Shown: positions 25,231 through 38,050 of the stretch, in pieces | Numbering within the stretch: the stretch's first letter is position 1 | Layout of the letters: each line of letters starts with the position of its first letter | Notes under the pieces: model-generated | What the model saw: the letters and a program-made list of their open reading frames with translations, nothing else | Database searches by the model: none | What the model was told of the DNA's origin: nothing | From: Chiloscyllium plagiosum | Lineage: Eukaryota | DNA length: 58,576 nt | Assembly (NCBI RefSeq): GCF_004010195.1 | Contig: NW_025215259.1 | Coordinates: 19,425-78,000, forward strand | Reading direction: 5' to 3' | Position numbers and translations under genes: made by a program

Positions 25231-27369
25231 CACAGTATCGTGGTTCGTGTCCCCGTCTGTCACAGGGCTCAATTCTCCGCTGGGGGCATCGTAAAGGTTT
25301 TAAACCTGTGGCTCTGTTCCCCAGTGAAGGTTATTAATGCCTGGCCTTCCATTCTCGAATGAATATGTCACAGCAAGGACACTGGTGTCTGAATCAGCAT
25401 GTGGAAGGACTGCAGCTCCCAGGGAGAGAGAGTGTCAGTGAAAGTGCAAACACGTAATTTCTGCAAACTGCACATTGTATCTGTGTTGGAATGAAAACCA
25501 TTTCATCGATTTGTTTCTGACTGAAATGTTTACTTAAAGCAGGAACCTGAGGAAGAAAACAGGGTAAACCCATTCAGATCTGAGTGCAGAAACATTTCCT
25601 GCAGCACGAATGAGGTTGTACAGCGTAGAATCGCGTTTGGATGCATTGAATTATGGTTGATGGGCGCAGCTTGCTTTCACTAGGCTGAGTTACCAGTGTA
25701 TAAAGCTATTAAACATGATGCAGATGGTGCTCACTGTTATGATATAATTGCTGAGTGGCTCGCACTGATTTTAGATCTGCAGTTGACGTGGATTGATCAT
25801 GTTAAATTGCCCTGTCATGTCCAGGGATTGAAATCACTAAGTTTAGTGAATTAGCCATGGGTAATGCGGGGATAAGATCAGCAGTTACACGATGCAATGT
25901 TTTACTCCAGTAGGTTTATTTGAAATCACAAGCCAGAGGTTTGTTCTTTATTCAGGTGAAATTTATGGGAGAGAGTGCGGGGCTAGGTCTGGTTGTGATG
26001 CTCTTCAGAGTGACCCTATATACTCGATTGGGTGAATTGTACTTTCTGCATTGTAGGGAATCTGTGATTCTATCAGAGAGGACAGTGCCAGCGGTTACTA
26101 GGTTGCTAAGACATTAGAGACGATGCTGACGGCGTTTAGTGGGGATGGGATTTTATTTATTTGTGTGTTGGAAAAATTTGGAACTGAACCAAGGAAAATC
26201 GAATGGAAGTTCTCCAGAGTATATGAGGTTTGGAGGGAGGAAATAGTGGTAAATTCACTCTTTCAAGTTACTAAATTTGTGAACGTCAGGTATTCAAAAC
26301 CATTGATGTAGGACAAAGAAATAATGGGAGCAGAATTTCTGTCACTCAGAGAATCAGTTTCCAAAATATTTGGAAAGGCACATTTAGAGACACACAAACA
26401 GTGAGTTTCACCAGGAGAGAGAGAGAGAGAGAGAGTCTGTGACTTGGTAAAAGTGTAAAAGTGGGGTGTGGGGGATGGAAGGTGCGAGGAAACAATGTCT
26501 AATTTGGATGAATTGAAATGTAAAGAAATATTAGAAACGTATGCAGCCGAATAAGAGTCAGCAAAAAAATCAGATTTTCTTAAGATTTGCATTAATATTC
26601 CACATTAAACATTATAAGTGGAACTGAGCAGATTTTATAGATTGTCAAGGAAAGATATTCCATAATGAATAGGAAGTGACACGTCGCTTGGAAATCGATT
26701 TTCTGCTTTAATTTCATGCCTTAAAGATGGGCGGACAATCGCCATGATGTTGGGTTCATTAGATACCCACTGAAATCTGCCAAAGTCACTGAGCATCAAA
26801 ACTGGCTTTTTCTTTGTAGTTAAACTTTCAGTTTTTCTCATCAGTGTTTTCTTTAAGCTGTAATAAAATCGGTTCAAAATTGAATACAATATTAAACATT
26901 CCAATGATACAAATCCAATTCACTTCCGATCATTGCAATGAGCAGAGTGAGGTTGCAGCAAAATTAATAATATGAAGCGAACAAAACTGCATTTCCGGGA
27001 ATGTTACCCAGTTCAGGTTCAGCCATATGAGAAAAGCCATCGAGTTAAACCATCGCCTTCACTTCTCTCTCCATATATGCTTCTTCACGTAAGGGAGAAA
27101 CTGTCTGAAGAAATTATGAGTCAAGACTAAATATTCGTGTGAATGTGACGGGAATTTCATGTTCGCTGGTTCATTCTGAGACAGTTTCGACTCGGAATGA
27201 ATCAAGGACAGCTATTCCTTCCAAGGATGGTATCAATTCCTTGGTTTTTGCTGATATTATCATTCCGCTGAAAGCAGAAACATAATGGTGTGGATTCGAT
27301 CCCGCTCAAAGAATTTCTCATCCCCTAGTAGCACCATATGTAATCTTAACACGGTCACATGTGAGCTCC

Positions 27370-27443
27370 TTTGTTATGCGAGGAAATGGCGACGGGTTAG
27401 TAGTTCATTGTTTCACACGTGCGTTCAAATCCTGCTCTGGTTG
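27370..27443 (+). pseudogene. Possible tRNA-Ser(GCT)-type remnant
   Basis: ggcgacgggttagtagttcattgtttcacacgtgcgttcaaatcc resembles GGCGATGGACTGCTAATCCATTGTGCTCTGCACGCGTGGGTTCGAATCC. Confidence 0.35.
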
Positions 27444-28427
27444 TTACTTTTATTAAACACAGCTGTGGTTTTCCTTTGTGACTCACATCTTTAGTATACA
27501 TTAGATGGAGAATCTTGCTCTTGCAATTCATTGCACCGGAGATTTGCGATAAATTGATACCACATCAAAGTCGCAACAAACCAATTTGATTCTGTTGTAA
27601 GTTGAATTGTGATAATGAAAAGGAGTGCAACTTTTGTTTCGTCCCTTCATTCCATCTTGACTTTATATGAACATACATCGAATGAAAGAGAAACAAATAA
27701 GGAGAGATCGAGAGCAATAGTTTATCCAGTGGGATTGTGAATGAGTATTGTGATGTAACACTCCACACAAAGGTCTGATCAGTATTTCAAACAGTCAATT
27801 AGAACTGGAACTGCAGAAAACTCCTCCAATGAAACAACCTTTCATTCTTTCAGAAACTATTGCTGTGTGAATCACACTGCGATCGATCATCCAGCACGAT
27901 CACCAAGTTTCAACAGCATTAGATCCACCAATTTTCTTCAGCAATCACAACTTCTGCACATTCCCATTTGTGGTGTGCCCAGTGCTATTTGTTGCTTCCA
28001 GGCCACAACACATGTCTTGTTCATAGGTTTATCAGCTTTGTTCCTGATCTTGCTGATAAGTTTGAGAAACCTTTTCTATCACTTCATCCCATCCCCTCAG
28101 AATTCCAAACTTATCAATAGAATAATACGTTCGACCAAATGATGTAGGATTAGAAGTCGGCCATTCAGCCCATCGAGTCTGCTCCACCATTCAACGAACT
28201 CATGGCTGATCTGATAATCCTCAACTCCATTCTCCTGCCTTAGGTCGACACAGCTTCATCATCTTTCTGGTTATATACCTGCCTGGCACATTTTGAAAAT
28301 ACGCAATAACTCAGCCTAAACAAAAGTTTCTGGAAAGGGTTCCACAGAATCACTGGACCCTGAGCAAAGAAATTACTCCTTATTTCTGAATGAAATTGGC
28401 AGTAACTAATTGTGACTTCATGTCCTC

Positions 28428-28813
28428 TGGTGCTCTCCACATACCAGAGGTCAGACTACCTGCCCGTAAATACCCTGTTAAGATCCCATGAATATTGAAC
28501 GTTTATAAATGTTATCATGTGATAATAGAGCTCCCCTCCGCCTCCTTTGTTTCAAGGAGAATAATCCCAGCCTAACCAATCATTCCACGAAGAACCAGTT
28601 TATCCAATGTTGACAACATCTGGTGCTCTCCACATACCAGAGGTCACACTACCTGCCCGGAAATACCCTGTTAAGATCCCATGAATATTGAACGTTTATA
28701 AATGTTATTATGTGATAATAGAGCTCCCCTCCGCCTCCTTTGTTTCAAGGAGAATAATCCCAGCCTAACCAATCATTCCACGGAGACACAGTTTATCCAA
28801 TGTTGACAACATC
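28428..28813. repeat. Tandem duplication, 193 bp unit
   Basis: tggtgctctccacataccagagg...ttgacaacatc at 28428 and 28621. Confidence 0.92.
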
Positions 28814-28887
28814 TTCGCAAATCTCTGCTGTCCCCTGCAGGGTCCTTACATATTATTAAGGCAAGTAGAGAAATTTATGTGAAGGAA

Positions 28888-29197
28888 CGATTGAAATTTC
28901 AAGCTCAGATGGGAAATGGAGCATGAAATCAGACAGCGACTGGAATCAGATCGGTCCCCACAAGGACGGAATACAGTAATGATAACTCTGACAAATGAGA
29001 ATCTAATCATATCCCACTGACATTCAATGGCTTTACTGTAACCGATTGAAATTTCAAGCACAGATGGGAAATGGAGCATGAAATCAGACAGCGACTGGAA
29101 TCAGATCGATCCCCACAAGGACGGAATACAGTAATGATAACTTTGACAAAAGAGAATCTAATCATATCCCACTGACATTCAATGGCTTTACTGTAAC
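28888..29197. repeat. Tandem duplication, 155 bp unit
   Basis: cgattgaaatttcaagc...tactgtaac at 28888 and 29043. Confidence 0.92.
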
Positions 29198-29585
29198 CAA
29201 ACTACCCCATGTAATCGTCCACAGAGCTGGTATTTAGGAGAAAAATGATATGAACTGGCTATATAAACACTTTGCCAACAAAAACATGTCCTTTGGTAGT
29301 CATTTTTTGATTATAAACTCAACTCGTGTCACCGTGAATCCTACATCGTTTGCAACGCACAAATGAGACGTGGAACACGACTCTCTCTATTTGCTTATAT
29401 AGGTGTAACTTCAATAACACTTAAGGAACTGGATACCATTTACAACAATGAAGTTACTTGATTGTAACCTCTTCAATACTTGCAATATTCAATCTCTTTA
29501 CCGCTAAGGCACAATTCAGCAGAGTGCACCAACTATAAGATGCACTGGAGTAAGTCATCTGGGCATTTTAACAGAACGTTCAAAG

Positions 29586-29753
29586 CTCAACAGCTTACTG
29601 ACTATAAGGACAATGTTGGAAGATGCAACGAAACGTCACCATTTGAAAGTTACCCTCGAAGGCGCATAACTCAACAGCTTACTGACTATAAGGGCAGTGT
29701 TGGAAGGTGCAACGAAACGTCACCATTTGCAAGTCACCCTCCAAGGCGCATAG
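29586..29753. repeat. Tandem duplication, 84 bp unit
   Basis: ctcaacagcttactgactataagg...aggcgcata at 29586 and 29670. Confidence 0.92.
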
Positions 29754-30000
29754 TACCCTGACTTAGAAAGTAATCAGTGATAAATTCATTGAGTGGTGAA
29801 ACAGTCTTGTATTGCATATTTCAGCCTTCCATCTTTTATCTTACAATTTTAGACAGATGTTGATTTATGCGGTGACCAGACTTGTGCTCAGTCCTTTAGC
29901 TGTTCCCTAAACTGGTGGTTGCTAAAGTTCTGCTATTATCCACAGCCTGTGGTAATCAATAGAAAATCTCCGAAAACCCTCTCAATCAACCGATTCCCCA

Positions 30001-32026
30001 CAAGATTAGAGTGGTGTTGGAGAAGCACAGCAGGTCCGGCAGCATCTGAGGAGCAGGAAAAATGAACGTTTCAGGCAAAAGCCCTTCATTAGGAATGAGA
30101 CTGGAAGCATAAGGGATGGAGAGATAAATGGGAGAGGGTGGGGCTTTGGAGAAGGTAGCTGAGAGCGTAGTAAGTGGATGGAGGTGGGGGGTGAACGTGA
30201 TATGTCAGAGAAGAAGTTGGAGCAGATAGGTAGGAATGAGGATGCATAGGTGAGACACGTCAGAGGACGGTGTTGAGCTGGAAGTTGGGAACAGGGGAAA
30301 GGTAGGGGAGGGGAAATGAGGAAACTGGTGAAGTCCAAATTGATGCCATGCCGTTGAAGGGTCGCATGGCGAAAGATGAGGCTTTCTTCCTCCAGGCATT
30401 GTGTGGTGAGGCAATGGCGGTGGAGGAGGCCCAGGACCTGCATGTCCTCGGGAGAGTGGGAGTGGGAGTTGAAATATTTGGCCAAGGCGCACTGGGGTTG
30501 AAACTTCCGGGTGTGCTGGAGATATTTTCTGAAGTGCTCTGCGAGAAGACATCCAGTCTCCCCAGTTTAGAGGAGACCACATTGGGCGCAATAGATACAA
30601 TAAATGACACGTGTGGAAGTGCAGGTTCACCTTTTATGAATGTGGAAGCCTCCATTGCAGCCTTGGATTAAGGTGAGGGGGTAGATGTGGGTGTAGGTTT
30701 TGCTGTTCCTGCAGGGTCAGGGGAAGGTGCTAGGAGGAAAGGGTGGATCATTGGAGGGCGTGGACTTGACTAGGTAGTCACAAGCGAACAGTCTTGGCAG
30801 AAAGTGGACAGGGGTGGGGTCCGTTTACAGGTGGCGAAACTGCCATCGAATGATGTGATTTATGTGGAGGTTGGTGGGATAGAAGATGAGGACCTTGTTG
30901 TGGTTTGAGGTGTGGACTTCGTGGGCGGAGCTACGGGACATGGATGAGATGCGTTTGAGGGCATCTTCAACCAGAAAGGAAGGGAAGTTCCGGTCTTTAA
31001 AGAAGGAGGACATCTGTCGTGTTCTGTGGCGGAAGTGGTCCTTTGGGAGCAAATGCGATGGAGGTGGAGGAATTGGGAATACAGGATAACATTTACACAA
31101 GAGGTAGGGTGGGAGGAGGTATAATCCAGATAGCTGTGGGAATCAGTGTGTTTGTAAAAAGTGTCAGGAACACTGACCTCGAGGGATATGTTTCCCTCAC
31201 CACCCCTATCCACTTTTCACAAAGACCGTTTCCTCCACGACTACCTAGCCAAGTCCACGCCCTCTAATAACCCACAGTCCCCTCCCGGCACCTTCCCCTG
31301 CCACCGCAGGAATTGCAAAATCTTCACCCACATCTTCCCCCTCACATCCTTCCAAAGCTCCAATGGAGCCTTCCACGTCTATCAAATGTGTATCTGCACT
31401 TCCACACTTGTCATTTATTGCATCCATTTCTCACGATGTGGTCTCTTCTACATTGGGGCCACCGGACATCTTCTCGCAGAGCACTTCACAGAACATTTCC
31501 AGGACACCCGCAACAGTTAACCCAACACAACAACTACCCCTCCCCACCCAATTTCCCGAGGGCATACAGGCCCTGGGCCTCCTCCACCGCCATTACCACA
31601 TCAACTGACGCCTCATCTTCCACATCGGAACCATTCAACCCCAAGGCATCAATGTGGTATTCACCAGATTACTCCCATCCCCACGCCCACCTTATCAGAG
31701 TTCCAGCCTTCAAGCTTGGCACCATCCTACTGACGTGTACCTCCTGTCTATCTTCCTTCCCAGCTATCCGCTCCACCCTCTTCTCCGACTTATCACCTTT
31801 AACCCCACATCCATCCAACTACAGCATTCTCAGCTAAATTCTTCCCAGACCCAGCCCTCCCGTTTATTTCTCCACCCTCGAGGGTCCCAGCATTAGTCCT
31901 GATGAAGGGCTTTTGCCCGAAACATCATTTTCTTTGCAACTGGGATGCTGCCTGGCCTGCTGTGTTTCTTCAGAACCACTCTAATCTTGATTCTGATCTC
32001 CAGCATCTACAGTATGCACTTCTGTC
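30001..32026. mobile_element. Penelope-like insertion of two inverted 3' halves (30001-31170 minus, 31180-32026 plus)
   Basis: GIY-YIG motifs on both strands (VIYCIHFSRCGLFYIGATG; YFNSHSHSPEDMQVLGL), terminal repeats pointing outward, flanking caaccgattcccc/caactgattcccc. Confidence 0.85.
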
Positions 32027-32574
32027 CAACTGATTCCCCTGTCCATTGATCTTCAGCGATCGTGAATGTCCACTCCATGATCTCTTTGTCCGTCTACACT
32101 ACACAGAATACACACTGTTATTGTTTCTTCTCCCCAAATTCATTAACACTCATTGATCTGGATTCAAATCCATTCAGCATTTTACTTTTCCACCTGACTA
32201 ATGCATCCCTGCAGTCCTTGGCATTCTTCACCAAAGTCAACTACACGACCAACTGTTGTATCATCAGCAAACTTGCAAGTCATGGCTTCTACAACTAAGT
32301 CTAAATCATTGGTCTACATCAGAAAACAGTGGCACGCCACTGGAAGCAGGCATCCAAACAGGGTTCATTGCTGTTTGGGATAAAAAGCTTCAATAACAGC
32401 AGAATCGAACTCCTGCTGTCATTTTTAAACTTCCTGGTGACTCTGTCAGTTGGTCTCCTGAGTCACAAATAAGTAGAATGGATGGCTTTGAGGTATGTAG
32501 AGAAGAGGTGTTGGAAATCCTGGAAAACAAGGGCCTGTACTGCGCTGTATTCTTCTATGTTCTATGTTCTATGA

Positions 32575-32785
32575 TCACTTCTCACATATGGGAGTGGTGA
32601 ATGACCTGTGCGCATTGTGACTGAGCAAGTGAATTTACACCTCAGCGGGTAATTGAATCCCTTCCTGCAGTCACCCCAGGATCCTGACTTCTTGGCGCTG
32701 CGAGTATCCTTGTGTCTATTTAGTTTGGATATCAGTTGAATTCGAGTCCACACAGACACGACTCCCATTTTCCCCGTTGTTCATG
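32575..32785 (-). pseudogene. C2H2 zinc-finger exon remnant
   Basis: ORF-track peptide SKLNRHKDTRSAKKSGSWGDCRKGFNYP; mirror of 12295. Confidence 0.7.
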
Positions 32786-33336
32786 TATTTTTATTAATCC
32801 TTGTTCTCCCATTGAATGTGGCTATCATTGGTCTGAAGACTATTTGTTGTTCATTCTAATTCACCTTGAACTGAGTCAGAGTGCATTCATGGGGGAACCA
32901 CATTGTCGTGGATCTGGAGTCACATGTGGACAGGACTTGTTACAGTCGGTAGACTTCACTTTCGAAGGGACATGAATGAATGACTTTTCAGTATATTAAA
33001 GTTATTGTCTCTGTTCCTGAGATTGGGTTTGTTTTCCAGATTTTATTCATCGAATTTAAATAACAGCAGCTACCACGTTCCAGTCTCCAAAGATTACTCG
33101 CCCAATAGATCGCCGCTGCAGGAACAACTCCCTGCTGCATTTCTCCATTCAAAGAATGACATTGTCCATTCAGATTATCCCAGATGGAGAGAGAATAGGA
33201 CGCGTTTCTGTGTTGGAATGGAAACAATGTACGCTGGATTGGAGTGTTTACTGGAGCAAGAGACTGATGTAGAGACGATGTGAGCAAAAGCAGTTCTTAC
33301 TGTCAAAGCAACAAAATAACGCATTGTTAAGGAAAA

Positions 33337-33408
33337 TCTCTTAGAATGCCTTCAATACGTCCACCTCTCACTTAAGGCTTCAGCACGCTTCCTCTGAGAC
33401 AATTCTCG
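33337..33408 (-). pseudogene. tRNA-iMet pseudogene
   Basis: Reverse strand gagaattgtctcagaggaagcgtgctgaagccttaagtgagaggtggacgtattgaaggcattct; mirror of 10343. Confidence 0.6.
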
Positions 33409-33519
33409 TGCGCGTTAATGCTGCTGCTCAATCTTAATACTGTAATAAATTGAGACCAATATTCCTTCCACCCCGCCTTTGAACAGAAGCACTCGCAGCC
33501 TCAGCATTTCACGCGCTTG

Positions 33520-33865
33520 GATATACACACAAAATCTTTTCCCTGGTGTCAGAGAGTCCTGAACTAGAGGGCATAGGTTTAGGTTGAAAATGGAAAGATA
33601 TAAAAGAGACCTAAGGGGCTATGTTTTCATACAGAAGGTGGTGCATGTATGGAAGGAGCTGCCAGAGGGTATTTTGGAGGCGAATACAATTGTCACGTTT
33701 CAAAGACATTTGGATGGGTATATGAATAGGAAGGGTTTGGAGGGATATGGACCGGGTGCTGGCAGGTGGGACTAGATTGGGTTGGGAAATCTGGTCGGTA
33801 TGGACGGGGTTGGACTGAAGAGTCTGTTTCCATGCTGTACATCTCTATAACTCTATGATTCTATG
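33520..33865 (+). mobile_element. CR1 3' end
   Basis: RYKRDLRGYVFIQKVVHVWKELPE and a (ctctat)n-like tail. Confidence 0.85.
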
Positions 33866-33929
33866 ACCGGGCCTTTGCCAATCATGTCACTAGTGCCACA
33901 GAATAGCATCACGTGCTCATGTCCACCGC

Positions 33930-35500
33930 CACTTCCAGTCCCTATACATATCCATCCTCCATCACGAAGGCCTCAAAGCCCTATGCTTCTTCATTTCCCG
34001 CCGAACCAACCAAAACCCTTCCACTGATACCCTCCTTCGATTGACTGAACTGGTCCTCTCTCGAAACAACTTCTCTTTCCAATCCTCCCACTTCGTCCAA
34101 ACCAAAGGAGTAGCCATGGGCACCCACATGGGCCCCAGCTATGCCTGCCTCTTCGTTGGATATGTGGAACAGTCCATCCTCTGCAGCGGCACTGGCACCA
34201 CCACCCACGTTTTACTCCGCTACATCGATGACTGTATCGGCGCTGCCTCGTACTCCCACAAGGAGGTTGAACAGGTCATCCAATTTACTAACACCTTCCA
34301 CCCCGACTTCAAATTTACCAGGACCGTCTCAGACTCCTCCCTCCACTTCCTCGACCTCTCCATTTCTATCTCGGACGACCCACTCAACACGGACGTTTAC
34401 TATAAACCAACTGACTCCCACAGCTACCTAGTTTACACCTCCTCCCACCCTGCCCCATGTAAAAACGCCATCCGATATTCCCAATTCCTTCGCCTTTGCC
34501 NNNNNNNNNNNNNNNNNNNNNNNNNNNNNNNNNNNNNNNNNNNNNNNNNNNNNNNNNNNNNNNNNNNNNNNNNNNNNNNNNNNNNNNNNNNNNNNNNNNN
34601 NNNNNNNNNNNNNNNNNNNNNNNNNNNNNNNNNNNNNNNNNNNNNNNNNNNNNNNNNNNNNNNNNNNNNNNNNNNNNNNNNNNNNNNNNNNNNNNNNNNN
34701 NNNNNNNNNNNNNNNNNNNNNNNNNNNNNNNNNNNNNNNNNNNNNNNNNNNNNNNNNNNNNNNNNNNNNNNNNNNNNNNNNNNNNNNNNNNNNNNNNNNN
34801 NNNNNNNNNNNNNNNNNNNNNNNNNNNNNNNNNNNNNNNNNNNNNNNNNNNNNNNNNNNNNNNNNNNNNNNNNNNNNNNNNNNGCTGCACCCGATGTGTC
34901 CTCCTCTACATTGGAGAGACAGGCCGCCTCCTTGTGGAACGTTTCAGAGAACAACTCTGGGACACCCGCACCAACCAACCCAACCACCCCGTGGCCGAAC
35001 ACTTTAACTCCCCCTCGCACTCCGCCAAGGATATGTAGATCCTTGGCCTCCTCCATCGCCAGACCATGGCAACAGGATGCCTGGAGGAAGAGCGCCTCAC
35101 CTTCCTCCTAGGAGCCCTCCAACCACAAGGGATAAATGCAGATTCCTCCAGCTTCCTCATTTCCCCTCTCCCCACCTTTTCTCAGTCCCAACCCTCAGAC
35201 TCAGCACCGCCTTCTTGACCTGCAATCTTCTTCCTGTCCTCTCCGCCCCCACACTCACTCCGGCCTATTACCCTCACCTTAATCTCCTTCCACGTATCGC
35301 ATTCCCAAACGCCTCTCCCCCAAGTCCCTGCTCCCTACCTTTTATCTTAGCCTGCTTGGCACGCCCTCCTCTTTCCTGAAGAAGGGCTTATGCCCGAAAC
35401 GTCGTTTCTCCTGCTCCTGTGATGCTGCCTGACCTGCTGCACTTTTCCAGCAACACATTTTTAAGCTCTGATCTCCAACATCTGCAGTCCTCACTTTTTC
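33930..35500 (+). mobile_element. Penelope-like element: reverse transcriptase, GIY-YIG and terminal repeat (gap inside)
   Basis: QTKGVAMGTHMGPSYACLFVG, LRYIDDC, FLDL and YYKPTDSHSYL RT motifs; CTRCVLLYIGETGR endonuclease with an in-frame stop at ~35036. Confidence 0.92.
35376..35403 (+). ncRNA. Minimal hammerhead-ribozyme-like motif in PLE terminal repeat
   Basis: CTGAAGA-A-GGGC-TTAT-GCCC-GAAAC-GTC: complete catalytic core with 4 bp stem II; stem I weak. Confidence 0.6.
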
Positions 35501-35927
35501 CACCGTCACTTCCAGTTTGGTATTCGCGGCTGTGCCACAAAGATTTTCTGATTCTGGTTCCAGGAACTGGAGTTATGTGACTAACTGCAGCAATGTGTAC
35601 TTCCTTGTGTGGGGAAGTTGGTGAAGAAACTGTTATTAACACATTGTTAATAACACATTGTTATTGAAACATAAATTGCACCAATATCCCGCACCATCCC
35701 CTGAAGCTTTTTGTTCTAGAAATCTATCAAACTCAGTCTTCAACATGCAGTATTCGATGAAACCATCACAGCGTCTGGTGATATCGAATTTAAAGATTCA
35801 GCTAATTCTGAATTCCCACATGTCTGCAGTCGCTCACGTAATATTCCTGCTGTGTATCTGCTTCTCTTCCTAACGCATCCTCTGTCACTGTAATTATTGC
35901 TGTTTTAAACACCGGTCTTTGCATGAC

Positions 35928-36000
35928 ACAGTGGTGGTTTGAATGTTAAAATATTCTGCATTGTGGCCGCAGTAAGTTCGTTCGAATTCGAGTCACTGCA
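35928..36000 (+). pseudogene. tRNA-His pseudogene
   Basis: ctgcattgtggccgcagtaagttcgttcgaattcgagtcactgca matches the His-GTG 3' two-thirds; flanks homologous to 23240-23900. Confidence 0.7.
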
Positions 36001-37559
36001 TTTTACTCCTTGTGATTAATGCTGAAGAAACACAGAAAGGAATCAGTTGATTTTACATGAAGGCATTCTCTGAGATTATGTCTTTTTTCCATCAAACCCC
36101 TCTCTCTCACACACATCTCTGCGAGTCATATATCAGGATCCAGACTCACCATTCTCGGAGAATTCCCTCCCTCCCGCAAACACATACCTCCTTAAAGTTC
36201 CCCCTCCCATTTCCCTTACAATCACTTTCACATTGATCTCGTTAGGCCTGTGCTGCTGCGCTCACTGTTGCTGTGTGACCATGCCCAAGTCTTACCATCG
36301 GGACGTTNNNNNNNNNNNNNNNNNNNNNNNNNNNNNNNNNNNNNNNNNNNNNNNNNNNNNNNNNNNNNNNNNNNNNNNNNNNNNNNNNNNNNNNNNNNNN
36401 NNNNNNNNNNNNNNNNNNNNNNNNNNNNNNNNNNNNNNNNNNNNNNNNNNNNNNNNNNNNNNNNNNNNNNNNNNNNNNNNNNNNNNNNNNNNNNNNNNNN
36501 NNNNNNNNNNNNNNNNNNNNNNNNNNNNNNNNNNNNNNNNNNNNNNNNNNNNNNNNNNNNNNNNNNNNNNNNNNNNNNNNNNNNNNNNNNNNNNNNNNNN
36601 NNNNNNNNNNNNNNNNNNNNNNNNNNNNNNNNNNNNNNNNNNNNNNNNNNNNNNNNNNNNNNNNNNNNNNNNNNNNNNNNNNNNNNNNNNNNNNNNNNNN
36701 NNNNNNNNNNNNNNNNNNNNNNNNNNNNNNNNNNNNNNNNNNNNNNNNNNNNNNNNNNNNNNNNNNNNNNNNNNNNNNNNNNNNNNNNNNNNNNNNNNNN
36801 NNNNNNNNNNNNNNNNNNNNNNNNNNNNNNNNNNNNNNNNNNNNNNNNNNNNNNNNNNNNNNNNNNNNNNNNNNNNNNNNNNNNNTGCAGGACAATTGCT
36901 CTCTGTACACCATCGTCCAATCCTCCTTGACCCCCAGCACTTCCCCATTTGGCACCATTACACGAAATCCCAGAAGGTGTACAATGTCTCCCCTCACTGT
37001 GTCAGGTTCCACTGATTTATCTGCCCATCACTCAAGTTAGCAAACTGCATTTCCTGCTCAGAATGTTGTCTCATCGAGACTGCGGAGAGAAAAACAAAGC
37101 GGGTGACAAACATGAGTACACCTACGTTCTGTCGGCAAGCAAACTAAGACCCTGAGCTTCCAGGTTCCTGTCACTGCAACATCCCACTGTGTTTCCATGC
37201 CTCCATGTCAGTTTGGTGTGCTGCAGCGCTCCCGCAGAGCACAGCGCGAGTTGGAAGAACAGCACGTAATTGCCTACTGAGAGACCATACAATCTTCAGT
37301 ACCCAACATTGAGTTCAATCATTTTAGACCTTGCCCACCTTCACATACCATTCGTTCCAAAGGCAGATCGTTTGGCTCGAACATCTCTCCTTAGATGCAC
37401 TAGACCTGCTGATTTTGTTCAGATATTTCTGCGTTTCTTTGGATAATTTGTTCTGTTCTGATCGCCAGCTTTCAGGAAACCTGTGTTTGCACGGGAGGGT
37501 GGTCAGAGGAGATTTACCAAGGTGGTGCCTGAGCTCGATCTTTCCCCCTGCGAAGATAA

Positions 37560-38050
37560 GTGAAAGTGAGGGTTGCAGGTACTGGAGCTCAGATTCGAAA
37601 GTGTCGTACTGGAAGAGCACAGCATGTCAGACAGCATCAGAGGAGCAGGAGAATCGATGCTTCGGGCACAAGCCACCGCCATTCCATTACCAGCCGATGC
37701 CCGCAGGAAGAACGTCTCATATTCCACCTTAGGACACTACAACCACACGGGATAAATGTGTATTTCAACAGCTTCCTCATTTGACCTCCACCCACATTAT
37801 CCCTGTCCAAAACCTCCAACTCGGCACTGCTCTCTGGACCCGGCCATCAATCCCCTTCTGAACTACCACCTTCTCCCTCATCTTCATCCACGTATCGCTT
37901 TCCCAGCTACCTAACCACAACCCTATTCTCCTCTCTCAAACCCCACACAAAAGTCTCATTCCTGACGAATGGCGTATGCCCGAAACATCGATTCTCCTGC
38001 TCCTCGGATGCTGCCTGACCGGCTGTGCTTTTTTGAAGCACTACACTCTC
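37560..38050 (+). mobile_element. Truncated Penelope-like element with inverted 5' terminal repeat
   Basis: QEERLIFHLRTLQPHGINV; CTGACGA...GAAAC motif at 37962; mirror of 8255. Confidence 0.8.

Noticed and set aside
27238..27313. tRNA-Glu-like ends (tccttggt...gattcgatcccgctcaaagaa)
   Set aside because: The middle does not match, and the mirror arm does not support it
29586..29753. CRISPR-like or regularly spaced array
   Set aside because: Only two contiguous copies without spacers, in eukaryotic DNA
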